Source: a virus
DNA: 64,000 bases
Direction: 5' to 3' (one strand)
IMG/VR virus record: IMGVR_UViG_3300037470_000672
Span: 96,001 to 160,000 of that record
Shown here: positions 35,601-44,298 of the stretch, one piece after another
Layout: the number at the start of each line of letters is the position of its first letter
How positions within the stretch are numbered: position 1 is the first letter of the stretch
The notes under the pieces: generated by a model
What the model was told of the DNA's origin: nothing
Database searches by the model: none
What the model saw: the letters and a program-made list of their open reading frames with translations, nothing else
Translations under genes and position numbers: made by a program

Positions 35601-36745
35601 AGCATATAGCGACCTAAGCCGTACTGCTGCATACGTCGAACAAGAGTATTCCAACTTACATTCAGGTTACGCGCCGCTTCCGAAAGCGAGGATGACGCCC
35701 TGACAGCCGCTTCCACTGAGTCTCGTGCCAGCGGAATAGTATGGCTTTGCGCAATCGCCTGACGGTGCGCTTCGGACAGACATCCTGTCGGTGGCGGGTT
35801 GTTGCAGGAAACGTCTGGAAGGCTCGTAGACCGCTGCTGTGCGCGAACCCACTTCAATTTCTCACGAGGGTTGTTCCAGCGTTTTTTGGCAGCTTCTCGG
35901 ATCTTAGCGCGGACTTCCGGGCGCTTGGTTATCTCGTGTATGCGGGAATGCTCTGCTCGCGTCTCAACGGAGAGGTTACCAGGATGAGGGTTTGTCTTGT
36001 CTCCGTCTCTGTGATGGACAACAAAACCTTCCGGAATCGGTCCGCTCAGTAGAACCTCCTCAGCCATCCGCCGATGCAGGTACTCTCTGCGGAGTCGACC
36101 CTTCCCCCAAGGATCCGTGACCATCAGGTAGCCGTTCTTCTCTACGCGAGCCGAGAGCGGCATCAACCGTTCCTTAGGCTCAAGCGCCCCTGCGGTCTTG
36201 TAACTGCCATCCCTAAGCATGAAGAGATGGTTAGCCGTGCATCTGATCGACCAGCGCCTCTTTTCCTTTCCGGGCTGCGCCCGGTACTCCTCGAACGTGA
36301 CCTTGAAAACCGGTACGCGACTGCCGGTTTTCGTCGGACCTACAGCTTCGGCTGGGACTACTCTCTGGCGCCTCAGATCAGCCGCTAACACGTAGAACTT
36401 CTGATCTGGATTCTCAGACCGCCATCGAAGCAACTCCTCGATGGTGCGATAACCAGTGCCTTCTGGCAGCACCGTGTAGACTCTAGAAGTTCCGCATAGA
36501 CAAGCTATTTCGCCGTAGTCGTCCATCTCTTCGTAATCAATGTATCGTGAAACGAGGTCTTGATCGAGCTTAAGATACTGTGAAACAGTGTCGTAGCCGT
36601 GGATAGAGAAAAGGTCCGCAGGACGACCTCGGGGGAAGACGTCCCCCTTGGCAATTTCGACCGGAGCTTGCTCAGGATCGTTCCGCCACGACCGGCGGAC
36701 ACGATTTGCCACTCCGTTTACGAAACCTTCAAAAAGTCCTGCCAC
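32618..36745 (-). CDS. Portal protein (T4 gp20-like) precursor with two inteins; about 598 aa after splicing
   Basis: Exteins YEEMDDYGEIA/SAIDIYADD, VYGH/SVLESARW and LEDSMLVYRLRRSPERRVFYVDVGDLP, EDFYVP match the gp20 family. Confidence 0.92.
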   Translation of the reverse strand: MAGLFEGFVNGVANRVRRSWRNDPEQAPVEIAKGDVFPRGRPADLFSIHGYDTVSQYLKLDQDLVSRYIDYEEMDDYGEIACLCGTSRVYTVLPEGTGYRTIEELLRWRSENPDQKFYVLAADLRRQRVVPAEAVGPTKTGSRVPVFKVTFEEYRAQPGKEKRRWSIRCTANHLFMLRDGSYKTAGALEPKERLMPLSARVEKNGYLMVTDPWGKGRLRREYLHRRMAEEVLLSGPIPEGFVVHHRDGDKTNPHPGNLSVETRAEHSRIHEITKRPEVRAKIREAAKKRWNNPREKLKWVRAQQRSTSLPDVSCNNPPPTGCLSEAHRQAIAQSHTIPLARDSVEAAVRASSSLSEAARNLNVSWNTLVRRMQQYGLGRYMLGSSLTGPKEGEDDYNNHMVVRVEPDGVEDVYDIEVPVYQNFACEGVFVHNSAIDIYADDVTQPDTQLKRSLWITSPDRTVQEIVDDLYFKTLRYEDEIWSIARTACKYGSNFEEILVTQNGVEGINYLPPATMRRIEGPKGQLLGFIQDFKGRFDFTPEDYRKLLVNRYGQNATSLPGGGQDGFSDTSNLASQDTGPNPVFEDWEIAHFRLHSKFRRSVYGHCLAGGSQVWTTEGPRPISDIQPGQRVLLRHAGKLRTTRVLDHVCSGTKTVYRVRTKHRELCLTAEHPLLAVGKGRGGRNAWKPLCELQEGDRIVITTRMPDTNPPPPLGLHLREIEEEGPVRLTERGASALRAASRIGRYTPKDEGLRPLAAKLGIARGTLESLLKGQSSVPLPVLRDLFCEVKVPFFYGAFEPKIEDERITLPDFVTPDFARLWGFLLGDGWITDGQVYFARGEYPDRNSFYEGLLASTGLPVSTLPDETQSYVSSQALAALFRKLGWVDGGAHAKRLPYWVFGAPEEIRLALLHGFMDADGWDTRSHKDHHIELCNRDLVRDIKTLVDGLGWKSGRIREREPRDNPIATHPTTDVIHSGRQYLLTFNETPIAEGADFAEEKILSIEMQGEEPVYDIEVADPEHNFVADGVVVHNSVLESARWLYKRLILLEDSMLVYRLRRSPERRVFYVDVGDLPPREAMAHVNNVRQQHRKKKFFNAGTGKLDVRYNAFGQDEDFYVPVRKGQEGSRIEVLQGPQWQAIDDVDYFKNKLWASIKIPKAYLGQEEGVVRNILSSQDVRFARTVLRVQRQIINGTHKIGRVHLAALGIDPAQAPFTTHMTVPSAIFELAQVEVMNARADLAGRMREFVSAYWILSTIFGMNDDAIQTIMKQREQEAESQARQEAKAAQIQAQATEPAPEGVPESTRASRGKYVSDRVSGSLPPSKGSGISERQLFAGDREAEKRASEKLDRLLKNDKDLARRLEELRHLTQEISVRRGT
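33656..34933 (-). mobile_element. Intein 2 of portal (426 aa) with LAGLIDADG endonuclease
   Basis: Starts CLAGGSQVWT, ends NFVADGVVVHN before Ser; block B LTAEHPL; LWGFLLGDGW and LLHGFMDADGW. Confidence 0.92.
35450..36502 (-). mobile_element. Intein 1 of portal (351 aa) with HNH endonuclease
   Basis: Starts CLCGTSRVYT, ends NFACEGVFVHN before Ser; block B CTANHLF; YLHRRMAEE...VVHHRDGDKTNPHPGNL HNH motif. Confidence 0.92.
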
Positions 36746-36774
36746 GTTCTCCGCCCACGACGCATAGGCTCAAT

Positions 36775-36790
36775 CCGCCCGTACGGGCGG
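36775..36790. repeat. Palindrome B copy 2
   Basis: CCGCCCGTACGGGCGG between terL and portal, within a larger AGGCTC...GAGCCT inverted repeat. Confidence 0.9.
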
Positions 36791-36798
36791 GTCAGAGC

Positions 36799-38913
36799 CT
36801 ACCAGTTTTCCCAACCGTCTCCGCCTGTTGGGTCCCAACCATCGCCGCCCCAGTTCGTCAGGATGGGCAGTCCTACCCCTCCTGACGCTGGGCGGTAATC
36901 CGACAACGGCAAATTCTGCCCAGCTCCGGGCACCATGGCACGTCTCTGCTCATCCATCCAGGGGTCTTCTGGTTGTACCCCGTCTTGGAATATAGGCATC
37001 GCCTGCATAGCGCTGGCTTCCGTCAGCGTGTGGACAACCCCTGCAAGCGCATCCGAGACGTCCTTGCTGTGCCCTTTGCCGGACGGGTGGTCGATCTTAG
37101 CTTTCTTTCGGATCGACCCCACGATGTTCCGTTGGAGCTTCTTCAGTTCGTCGATCAGTGGTTGGTACTCGTAGAAGAGGAGGCGCCCTTCATAGAGCGC
37201 GTTGCGCAGCTCGTCGTAGGGCTCGGTGGTCATGTCCACCGAAAGCAGCTCGGCGTTGAAACCGTTGCGCTTGAGGGTCTGAATTGTATCCACGGACTGA
37301 AACTGATCTAGGGTCACCTTCGATACGCTAAAACCCATCTGGCTCAGCTCGTACAACAGCCGGCGGTTGTCTGCGAGCATCAACTCCCCGCCCGACGGAG
37401 GAACAACGCGGAGCAGAAAGTCGACCACGACAACAGGGGCGCGCTCCCGGTAGAGATTACCAGCAGCATCTCGGCGCTGGACGTCCTTGAACCCCGCCAC
37501 GTGAGCCAAACAGAAGCCAGTGGCGTCCTGCCGCAAGGACACGTCGAACCGCGCATGACGCAACGCGGTAGGGGAAAGGATTGGCCGGGTGGTTGTGACC
37601 ACCTGACCATCGGGTAACCGCTCTTGGACGTTGTGAACGAGGCGCTCGGGGATGAGCTTACCGCTCGGCCCCTCTCCTGGGCACCACTCTGTGACGGTGA
37701 AGGGGTGCTTACGTCCCTTGAACCGGCGTTGGTCCTCAGCGACCGCCTCGAAAATCTTGTCTCGTTGCCCAATGAACGGACGGATCGAAACGGTCGCGAG
37801 CCCGGCGACGTCCCTTATGCTGCCCTCAAGGTCCGTCTCGAAGTCCCGCCGGAACTCCTCCGGAACATCGATCAGTACAGCCCCTTCAGGAAGGTTGTGG
37901 CGGAGCTGCTGCGCGTCTTCTTCGATGAGGAGCTTGGAAGGGATCTTCTCATTCCCGACCAGCACCGGGAACTTCCTCACCCCGAAGTATTCGTCCGGCT
38001 TGACGTCCCAGATCGCGTAGTCGCGCACAAAGACCTTTGGGTCGTCTAGGGATGCGGCGACGCGCTTGGCCGTGAAGTCCTCGCTGGTCTGCTTTGATGA
38101 GATCACGAACATGATCCCAGGCACCCTTCCGCGGCGGTCAAAGCGGGACTTGATGCGACGCTTGAGGGTCGCATAGATCGATTCCGCCATGTCAGAGTAC
38201 ACCTCATGCGCGGAGTTCTTCCGGTTCTTCGGTAAAAAATTGCTCTCATCGAGCATAAATGCAATAACATTCAAGCCAAGAGCCGACGTGTCATTTGTAG
38301 CTCTTGGGGCTACCCACACCTTGTGAGGAAATCGTATCTCTTGCTTGGTAGGCGAGAAGGGGAAATACTTGACGAAATACTGGCTTGCCTGAATCTTAGA
38401 GGTGACGTTCTCGAACGCCGCCTTCATGGCGAGTTTCTCGGTGATGGACAGAACCACCAGACCGATGATGGAACCAGGGGACAGCCCGAAGGACTTCTGG
38501 GGGTCCTTCATGCAAGAGATTTCGTAGAGGATCCTGCACAGACCTATCGACCCCAGGTAGGTTTTACCATATCCGATGCTGCCCGTCAAGACTACCTCTT
38601 CGTAGTCCCCTTGGAACATTTCCTTAAGGTCTTCGAGCAGCTTTGGGTAGATATTCTCGCACGTGTTGCCGAGGAAGTACGGGTCTTTTACGAAGGTCTC
38701 CATGTCCACGGGCTTGTGCTTGTAGTCTGCTTCTCTGAGCGTCTGGAAGAGGGACCCTGGTCCGGGAGCGGTGCCTGAGCGCAGCTCTTGGATGAGAAGG
38801 AGCAGCGCCTTCTTCTCGTCTGGGGATAGTGCGTCGATGTCCTTGCGGAGTAGGGCTTCCAGCTCGTCCGGTGTCCGAACAGAGAAGGTCCGGCCGTTCT
38901 CTTCGCGGATCAT
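36799..38913 (-). CDS. terL: Terminase large subunit
   Basis: Walker A LTGSIGYGKT, Walker B FMLDESNF, nuclease-domain acidic residues (RFDVSL, TLDQFQS, KDVSDALAG); adjacent to the portal. Confidence 0.88.
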   Translation of the reverse strand: MIREENGRTFSVRTPDELEALLRKDIDALSPDEKKALLLLIQELRSGTAPGPGSLFQTLREADYKHKPVDMETFVKDPYFLGNTCENIYPKLLEDLKEMFQGDYEEVVLTGSIGYGKTYLGSIGLCRILYEISCMKDPQKSFGLSPGSIIGLVVLSITEKLAMKAAFENVTSKIQASQYFVKYFPFSPTKQEIRFPHKVWVAPRATNDTSALGLNVIAFMLDESNFLPKNRKNSAHEVYSDMAESIYATLKRRIKSRFDRRGRVPGIMFVISSKQTSEDFTAKRVAASLDDPKVFVRDYAIWDVKPDEYFGVRKFPVLVGNEKIPSKLLIEEDAQQLRHNLPEGAVLIDVPEEFRRDFETDLEGSIRDVAGLATVSIRPFIGQRDKIFEAVAEDQRRFKGRKHPFTVTEWCPGEGPSGKLIPERLVHNVQERLPDGQVVTTTRPILSPTALRHARFDVSLRQDATGFCLAHVAGFKDVQRRDAAGNLYRERAPVVVVDFLLRVVPPSGGELMLADNRRLLYELSQMGFSVSKVTLDQFQSVDTIQTLKRNGFNAELLSVDMTTEPYDELRNALYEGRLLFYEYQPLIDELKKLQRNIVGSIRKKAKIDHPSGKGHSKDVSDALAGVVHTLTEASAMQAMPIFQDGVQPEDPWMDEQRRAMVPGAGQNLPLSDYRPASGGVGLPILTNWGGDGWDPTGGDGWENW

Positions 38914-38919
38914 GGGGGT

Positions 38920-39657
38920 TTACCCGTCAACATCTTCGGACAGCGGATCAACCTCTTCTGGCGACGGAGGACCCTTCGCGTCGCTGTACTCGGCGTCGAT
39001 GATACCGTCGATCTTCTTCTCGCCGGCTAAAGACACCAGTTTGTCGGCCAAACCCATGAGCCGGAGGCGACTCTCCGGGTTCTCCAACACCTTGCGTACG
39101 CCTTCGTCCTCTACACGGGCGGTGAGATTCTCGATTGGGTCGGACTCTTCTTTGCCGCCATAGACCGCCTTGGCGATGCCAAGATCGAGCTTGATGCGCG
39201 CGCTCTTGTCGAGGATGTCCAACGCCACACGCACTTCCTGGGCGGTGGTGGGCAGGAGCTTGTTGATGTTCCGCTCCAACTCGGCGTCGATGTCTACCCG
39301 CGCGCGCTGGAGCCGGTAGAGGTCTTCCATCTCGTTTAGCTCGTGCAGCCCTTTGCGCGCTTTGGCGATGCTCCTCTGGAGATGCTGCGGCAGCACCGGG
39401 ACTTTGTCCTCCAACGGAAGTTCCCCTCGGTAGCCGCAAAGAATAACGCCCAAAGACTCTCTAGTAACGTCCGTGTACTCCTGACACTCCTCCTGGATGA
39501 AATCGGCTACGTGTTGCGGCGGCAACCCGTCCAGCAGCATCTGGTGCGCCTCCTCAAAACAATCCAGCGCCCTGAATCGTTGAAAGCGCGGCGCCCGGCT
39601 TTTGGGCGGGGTGCCCCTCACCGGAAACGGGATGACATCCGAACCAGGCTCGTCCAT
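38920..39657 (-). CDS. Probable terminase small subunit
   Basis: Helical 245-aa protein with an N-terminal HTH-like region immediately upstream of terL; call is mainly positional. Confidence 0.5.
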   Translation of the reverse strand: MDEPGSDVIPFPVRGTPPKSRAPRFQRFRALDCFEEAHQMLLDGLPPQHVADFIQEECQEYTDVTRESLGVILCGYRGELPLEDKVPVLPQHLQRSIAKARKGLHELNEMEDLYRLQRARVDIDAELERNINKLLPTTAQEVRVALDILDKSARIKLDLGIAKAVYGGKEESDPIENLTARVEDEGVRKVLENPESRLRLMGLADKLVSLAGEKKIDGIIDAEYSDAKGPPSPEEVDPLSEDVDG

Positions 39658-39683
39658 ACGCTGACTCTAGCATGTCGCAATGG

Positions 39684-40298
39684 TCAAGCGGGGCGCTCTG
39701 GTCCCAAAGCGGGGGACTCCGGTTCCTCTGGGAGCCAGCTCTGTCGCTTCTCATCCCAATTTCGGAACATGAGCGACCGCATCGGAACAGCGCGATGGTT
39801 GTTGTACTTGGCGGTGTTCTTCTGGTCGTAGGGCTTGTCGACGAGCCCTTCTGTTCGCCAAAAGATGAGCTGCCCTATCGGCATGCCCGCGTAGACCCTG
39901 ACCGGCTGAACGACGTCGATCTCCAACGTCCAGTGCCCTACGAAACCTGCGTCTCCCTTGCCGGCCGTAGCGTGGATACGGATGCCCAGTCGACCCAGAG
40001 AGGACTTACCTTCCAGAAAAGGCACGATCTGTCTGGAGCACTTGGTGTGCTCCTCGGTGACGGCCAGGTAGAGCCGCCCTGGCCGAAGGACGTACCCTTC
40101 CTCGGGGATAAGGCACTCGTCGATCTCGTGATCTTTCTTGGCGTCCAAGGGCACGTCGCGGTATCGATCCGAATAGGTAAGGAACCTATCGCCAAGATGC
40201 ACGTCGTAGGAGTTAGAACCGAGGCAACCGAAGCGGAAGGGGGTGATAGTGATCTTCCCCTCTTCAAGAGCGCGACGGATGGAGCGATCGGAGAGCAT
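39684..40298 (-). CDS. dcd: dCTP deaminase
   Basis: SNSYDVHL, EGKSSLGRLGI, GFVGHWTLEI, PIGQLIF trimeric dUTPase-family motifs. Confidence 0.92.
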   Translation of the reverse strand: MLSDRSIRRALEEGKITITPFRFGCLGSNSYDVHLGDRFLTYSDRYRDVPLDAKKDHEIDECLIPEEGYVLRPGRLYLAVTEEHTKCSRQIVPFLEGKSSLGRLGIRIHATAGKGDAGFVGHWTLEIDVVQPVRVYAGMPIGQLIFWRTEGLVDKPYDQKNTAKYNNHRAVPMRSLMFRNWDEKRQSWLPEEPESPALGPERPA

Positions 40299-40771
40299 CA
40301 GGTCACCTTGGTGTGGATCTCATGTACTGCAAGCCAGTGAAGCATCGTAGCTGCGTAGTATTTTTCAGGTAGGTGGGTCGCGGTAACGGTACCCATCACG
40401 GCCTTCCCCTCCAGCTCTCGACCGGGGAGGGTCCAGTAAAGACCACACCTGGGACAAGAAACCTGCGCCAGGGCACCCGGACTTACCAGAAGGTTTGGGA
40501 TCTGTACCGGCAGGTCGTCTGCGTCGACGCCCCACACACCCTCCTCCACTTGGTAGGGGTCGGCATTCGCCCGGTGAAGCGGCGACTCTCGAAGACCCGT
40601 AACGAGAGAACCTTCGGGCTCCATAACCACGAAGAGCTGTCCTGGTGTGAGGTCTTTCATCTGAGCAGCCACCCACCCTTGAATCTCAGACCACCTCAGG
40701 ATGGTGCGCTTTGCGCCGTCTGGGTGTTCCAGCGACGCCTTGGGGTGTGTCGCCATGGTCTTCTCCTGCAT
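40298..40771 (-). CDS. Hypothetical protein
   Basis: 157-aa ORF with a CPRC motif; overlaps dcd by 1 nt. Confidence 0.55.
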   Translation of the reverse strand: MQEKTMATHPKASLEHPDGAKRTILRWSEIQGWVAAQMKDLTPGQLFVVMEPEGSLVTGLRESPLHRANADPYQVEEGVWGVDADDLPVQIPNLLVSPGALAQVSCPRCGLYWTLPGRELEGKAVMGTVTATHLPEKYYAATMLHWLAVHEIHTKVT

Positions 40772-40788
40772 CCGGGGTGAGTCGTCTG

Positions 40789-41085
40789 TTAGAGGTTACC
40801 GTCCTCATCCTCGTCGAGAGGTTCTTGCTCCGCCACGTTGGCGTCGATGAGTTGTTGGCCCAGCTCGTCAGGTACCTCGGCTCCGACGAAGTGGGTATCG
40901 GCGTGCAGCTCGATCTCCTTGGCGCTCTCGAAAAGGGCTGCTGCTCTTCGGATCATCTCAGCGCCGGTTTCGAGTTGCTTGGCATAGCGCGCCAGCGCCT
41001 TGAAGGGATCGTTATCCTCCTCCCGAAGGTGAAAAGCGACGTCGTCGCCGAACTTGTAGATGGGGTTGTGAAAACGAACGTACAC
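40789..41085 (-). CDS. Hypothetical acidic protein
   Basis: Start re-assigned to GTG 41085 after GAGGAG. Confidence 0.55.
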   Translation of the reverse strand: MYVRFHNPIYKFGDDVAFHLREEDNDPFKALARYAKQLETGAEMIRRAAALFESAKEIELHADTHFVGAEVPDELGQQLIDANVAEQEPLDEDEDGNL

Positions 41086-41095
41086 GCCGGACTCC

Positions 41096-42949
41096 TCAGT
41101 GGACGGATGCCCACGTCTTACCACTCGCCGGGTCCACGACAACCGGAACCCGCTTCAGAAACTGCTCCATCGATTCCTTCATCCCCGCCTGAAGGTCTTG
41201 CTTGACTGCATCCACCAGCTCTGGATCGTCTTTGCACTCGACGGTGATCTCATCGTGGACGTGGTGCACAATACCTTTTACGTCACCTCCGTACTTCTTT
41301 AGAAGAAGGTGAACGTTGCGAAGGGAGGATTTCAAAGCGTCGGCGGCCGTCCCTTGGATCGGGGTATTCAGCAGCTCATTATGCTGGTGTTCGCTTACGA
41401 ACCTGCGACGTCCTGATAGGGTACGCACTTCTCCGAGACGAGCGCCCTCGCGTAGCTGGAAATCGTGCCAGGAGGCTATCCCCGAATAGGCGCCGAAGTA
41501 ACGCTTGTGGAAGGTCTTTGCCTGGGCAAGCGTCATGTTCACGCCATAGTTAGCCTTGGCGTAAATGACAAGTTTCTCAGGCATCATTCCGAATACCAGT
41601 CCAAAGTTGATGGGCTTTGCCTGTTGCCTTTCTTCCTTGGTAATCTGGTCCTCTGGTTTACCACTAACAATCGACGCTGTGAACCTATGCGCGTCTTTCG
41701 CTTCCTGGAAGACGCGGATGAGTGTCTCATCGCCGGATATCTCCGCAGCGATGCACATCTCGATTCCGCTATAGTCAGCGGCTACGAGAATGTTCCCTGG
41801 TTCAGCTTCAAAACAGTCCCGGTATGCAGCATCCCGAGGAACGTTATGTAGTTGGGGCGCGCTTGTTGCGTAGCGACCAGTAGCAGTAAACGGAAAGAAG
41901 TGGGTGTGAACCCTACCAGTAATAGAGTTGATGTGTTCAAGGTACGCTGGTCCGAACGACTTAACCCGCTGATTGTACCCTCTGTACTCCAGGATAGGCG
42001 GTATACAATCGTACTTGTCCGCCACCTGAGCGAGGAGCAGCTCGTTGGTTCCGATGGTCTTGGTCTTGCCTGTTTTGCGATCGGTATAGGTGTCACCGAT
42101 GAGCTGAATCTGTCCGCTGGGAGACGGGACTCTCACCCCTAGGCTACGTAGCGCCTTGCCCATCTGCTGTGTGGAATCCACGTTCCACGGTGCGACCAGG
42201 CCGGGGAGGCTGAGCATACCGGAGGGGTGGGGAAGGATCTTCAACAGCGCATCACGACATGCTTTGCGCTTGAGAAAGTTATTCTCGTACAGGGCAACCC
42301 ACTTGTGACGGTTGAGGAAAAAACCGGTGTTCTCGATGGCCGCTTCGGGGAGACAGGCTCCAAACTCGATGAGCGCGACCCGAATGAGCCCCGCTTCAAC
42401 AAGCTTCTGCTTGAGCACGTCGCGTAGCTCATGCAACCAACCAACGTCCTCCGCGGCGTAGTCGAGCTGGCGTTTGCTCAGCTCGGGGGCGCTCCAGTCG
42501 GAGCCGCCCATCATAACCTTGGAAGGGGTGCACCCGAGAGGTTGCAGCTCACGGTTGTAGAGGGCATCGAGGTTGTGGGAGACATTCACCCACCCGTTGT
42601 AGAGGAGAGAGCTTGCGCGGAACGGGTCGAAGACAGGCCACAGCTCGACGTTGTGGTGGTGGAGGAACCACGCTTGCTCGAAGCGAGCGTTCTGGATGAC
42701 CTTGATGGTGGGGGAGGCGATGGCGCGGATGAGGGGGTTGAGGGCTTCTTTGGGAACCTTGAAGCAGTCGACGACGTAGATCTTCTCACCGGTGCTCACC
42801 TGGATGAGGCGGATCTGCCCCTCGAACGCCTTGAAGGCTGTCGTCTCGATGTCGAGGCCGATGACCGGCGCAGCTTCCACCTCACGAGCGATCTGAGGGA
42901 TCAGATCAGGCGTCGTGACGTAGGTGTACTCACCGGTGTAGACCATCAC
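41096..42949 (-). CDS. polA: Family A DNA polymerase (3'-5' exonuclease plus polymerase, no 5' nuclease domain)
   Basis: ExoI IGLDIETT, ExoIII YAAEDV, motif A AADYSGIE, motif B QAKPINFGLVFG, motif C VHDEI. Confidence 0.95.
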   Translation of the reverse strand: MMVYTGEYTYVTTPDLIPQIAREVEAAPVIGLDIETTAFKAFEGQIRLIQVSTGEKIYVVDCFKVPKEALNPLIRAIASPTIKVIQNARFEQAWFLHHHNVELWPVFDPFRASSLLYNGWVNVSHNLDALYNRELQPLGCTPSKVMMGGSDWSAPELSKRQLDYAAEDVGWLHELRDVLKQKLVEAGLIRVALIEFGACLPEAAIENTGFFLNRHKWVALYENNFLKRKACRDALLKILPHPSGMLSLPGLVAPWNVDSTQQMGKALRSLGVRVPSPSGQIQLIGDTYTDRKTGKTKTIGTNELLLAQVADKYDCIPPILEYRGYNQRVKSFGPAYLEHINSITGRVHTHFFPFTATGRYATSAPQLHNVPRDAAYRDCFEAEPGNILVAADYSGIEMCIAAEISGDETLIRVFQEAKDAHRFTASIVSGKPEDQITKEERQQAKPINFGLVFGMMPEKLVIYAKANYGVNMTLAQAKTFHKRYFGAYSGIASWHDFQLREGARLGEVRTLSGRRRFVSEHQHNELLNTPIQGTAADALKSSLRNVHLLLKKYGGDVKGIVHHVHDEITVECKDDPELVDAVKQDLQAGMKESMEQFLKRVPVVVDPASGKTWASVH

Positions 42950-43206
42950 TCACCTCGGACGTCTTCCTCGTTGGGAGGCTCCTCTTTCTCATGACGATGC
43001 GTAATGACTACGTGTCCTCTTTCCCCCTCTGGCGCTTTCTCGAAACCCAGTTCGATGTGGCGTACCCCTCCCTCCTCTGAGCGGGGAAGCGTCCACCTGG
43101 CAGCCATCTCCGCGCGATCGATCATCGCGCCGAGGCTCTTCCCATCACCTTTGCGGACAGGGAACTTCACGGAGAGCTTGTCGCCCTTGCTCTGGTCTTC
43201 TGTCAT
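42946..43206 (-). CDS. Hypothetical protein
   Basis: 86-aa ORF overlapping both neighbours by 4 nt. Confidence 0.55.
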   Translation of the reverse strand: MTEDQSKGDKLSVKFPVRKGDGKSLGAMIDRAEMAARWTLPRSEEGGVRHIELGFEKAPEGERGHVVITHRHEKEEPPNEEDVRGE

Positions 43207-44012
43207 GCCTCGGCCTCTTCTTCCTCCCCTTCTTGGGGGACCTCCTGGTCCCGTAGCTGGTCCACGAATCCTCTCAACATCGGCCCCATGAGGAGGTTGA
43301 TGTTAGTCATCCGCTCCTCGGTGATGGTGATCAGCTCGTGCATTGCTTCGCGGGACTCGGGGGTCATGGCGATGTAGATCTGTTCTTGCCCGCCGAAGCT
43401 GAACACCATGAAACCGTGCGCCAAGCTGGCACCATGCTTCTTCATGATGTGGTTGATGATCTTCCCGATGTCCGACCCTGGGGAGGCTCCCTGGATCGCC
43501 TTGTCGATGGCTGAACCGACATCCCCTTTACCCGCGTCCCCCAAGGCTTTCTTGACGCCACTGGCGACCTGCTTGGTGAGCGCCTTCCACGCAGCCTGGT
43601 CTGTGAACGCCAACAGTTTCTTGAGTTGGTCCTCCGAGTATCGGAGGCGCATGTCGGCGTAGAGACGGGCAAACTTGGCGGGGTTGATCTTACCTCTGAG
43701 GTTGAGGCGGAAGGTCATGAACTTCTGGAGGTCTTGGTCATCAAACGCATCGCCCAGGACAATACAGGGGATGGTCTTTAGGCCCACCTCCTTGGCCGCC
43801 ATCCAGCGGTGCTGCCCGCCCAGGATGACAAACAACCCACCTTGCGTGCCGGCAACATGGATGGGGTCGATGAAACCGTGCTCGCGAATCTCATCACAGA
43901 GCGCCTCAAACGTTGAGCTGGACTCCTCGTAGGGGTTCCAATCGTTCGGGCGAATCTGCTCAACGGGGACGTACCGGAGGTCTAGCGTTTGATCGCCGGC
44001 AGGTTTGCTCAT
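43203..44012 (-). CDS. ParB/Srx-like N-terminal domain protein
   Basis: IRPNDWNP...IREHGFIDPIHV...ILGGQHRWMAAKEVGLKTIPC. Confidence 0.85.
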   Translation of the reverse strand: MSKPAGDQTLDLRYVPVEQIRPNDWNPYEESSSTFEALCDEIREHGFIDPIHVAGTQGGLFVILGGQHRWMAAKEVGLKTIPCIVLGDAFDDQDLQKFMTFRLNLRGKINPAKFARLYADMRLRYSEDQLKKLLAFTDQAAWKALTKQVASGVKKALGDAGKGDVGSAIDKAIQGASPGSDIGKIINHIMKKHGASLAHGFMVFSFGGQEQIYIAMTPESREAMHELITITEERMTNINLLMGPMLRGFVDQLRDQEVPQEGEEEEAEA

Positions 44013-44043
44013 AACCAGTTTCTACCATCTAGTCCGCAGATTG

Positions 44044-44298
44044 TCAGCCTAGATCGGCGTTCAGGATGGTCGTAAGTGTTTCGCACTTCCCCGACACGAG
44101 GAGAAGCTCTCCTGAGAGCTTCTCGTAGAACTCGGCCGGGTTTCGCGGAGCTTCCGGGTTGTCGAGGCCCGTAGACCCGTCCACCTGGTAGTCTTCGCCA
44201 GGGACGCCGTCCGCGAGCGCAGCGACCCACTTGGTCAGGATATCCCGAGCGGTCTGGACCTCCTTGAGGACCAAGGACTGTGAGACGTTACGCATCAA
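44044..44298 (-). CDS. Hypothetical protein
   Basis: 84-aa ORF in operon orientation. Confidence 0.55.
   Translation of the reverse strand: MMRNVSQSLVLKEVQTARDILTKWVAALADGVPGEDYQVDGSTGLDNPEAPRNPAEFYEKLSGELLLVSGKCETLTTILNADLG

Noticed and set aside
39682-39687. TTGACC as the -35 of the terS promoter
   Set aside because: Only 12 nt from the -10; an extended -10 explanation fits better.
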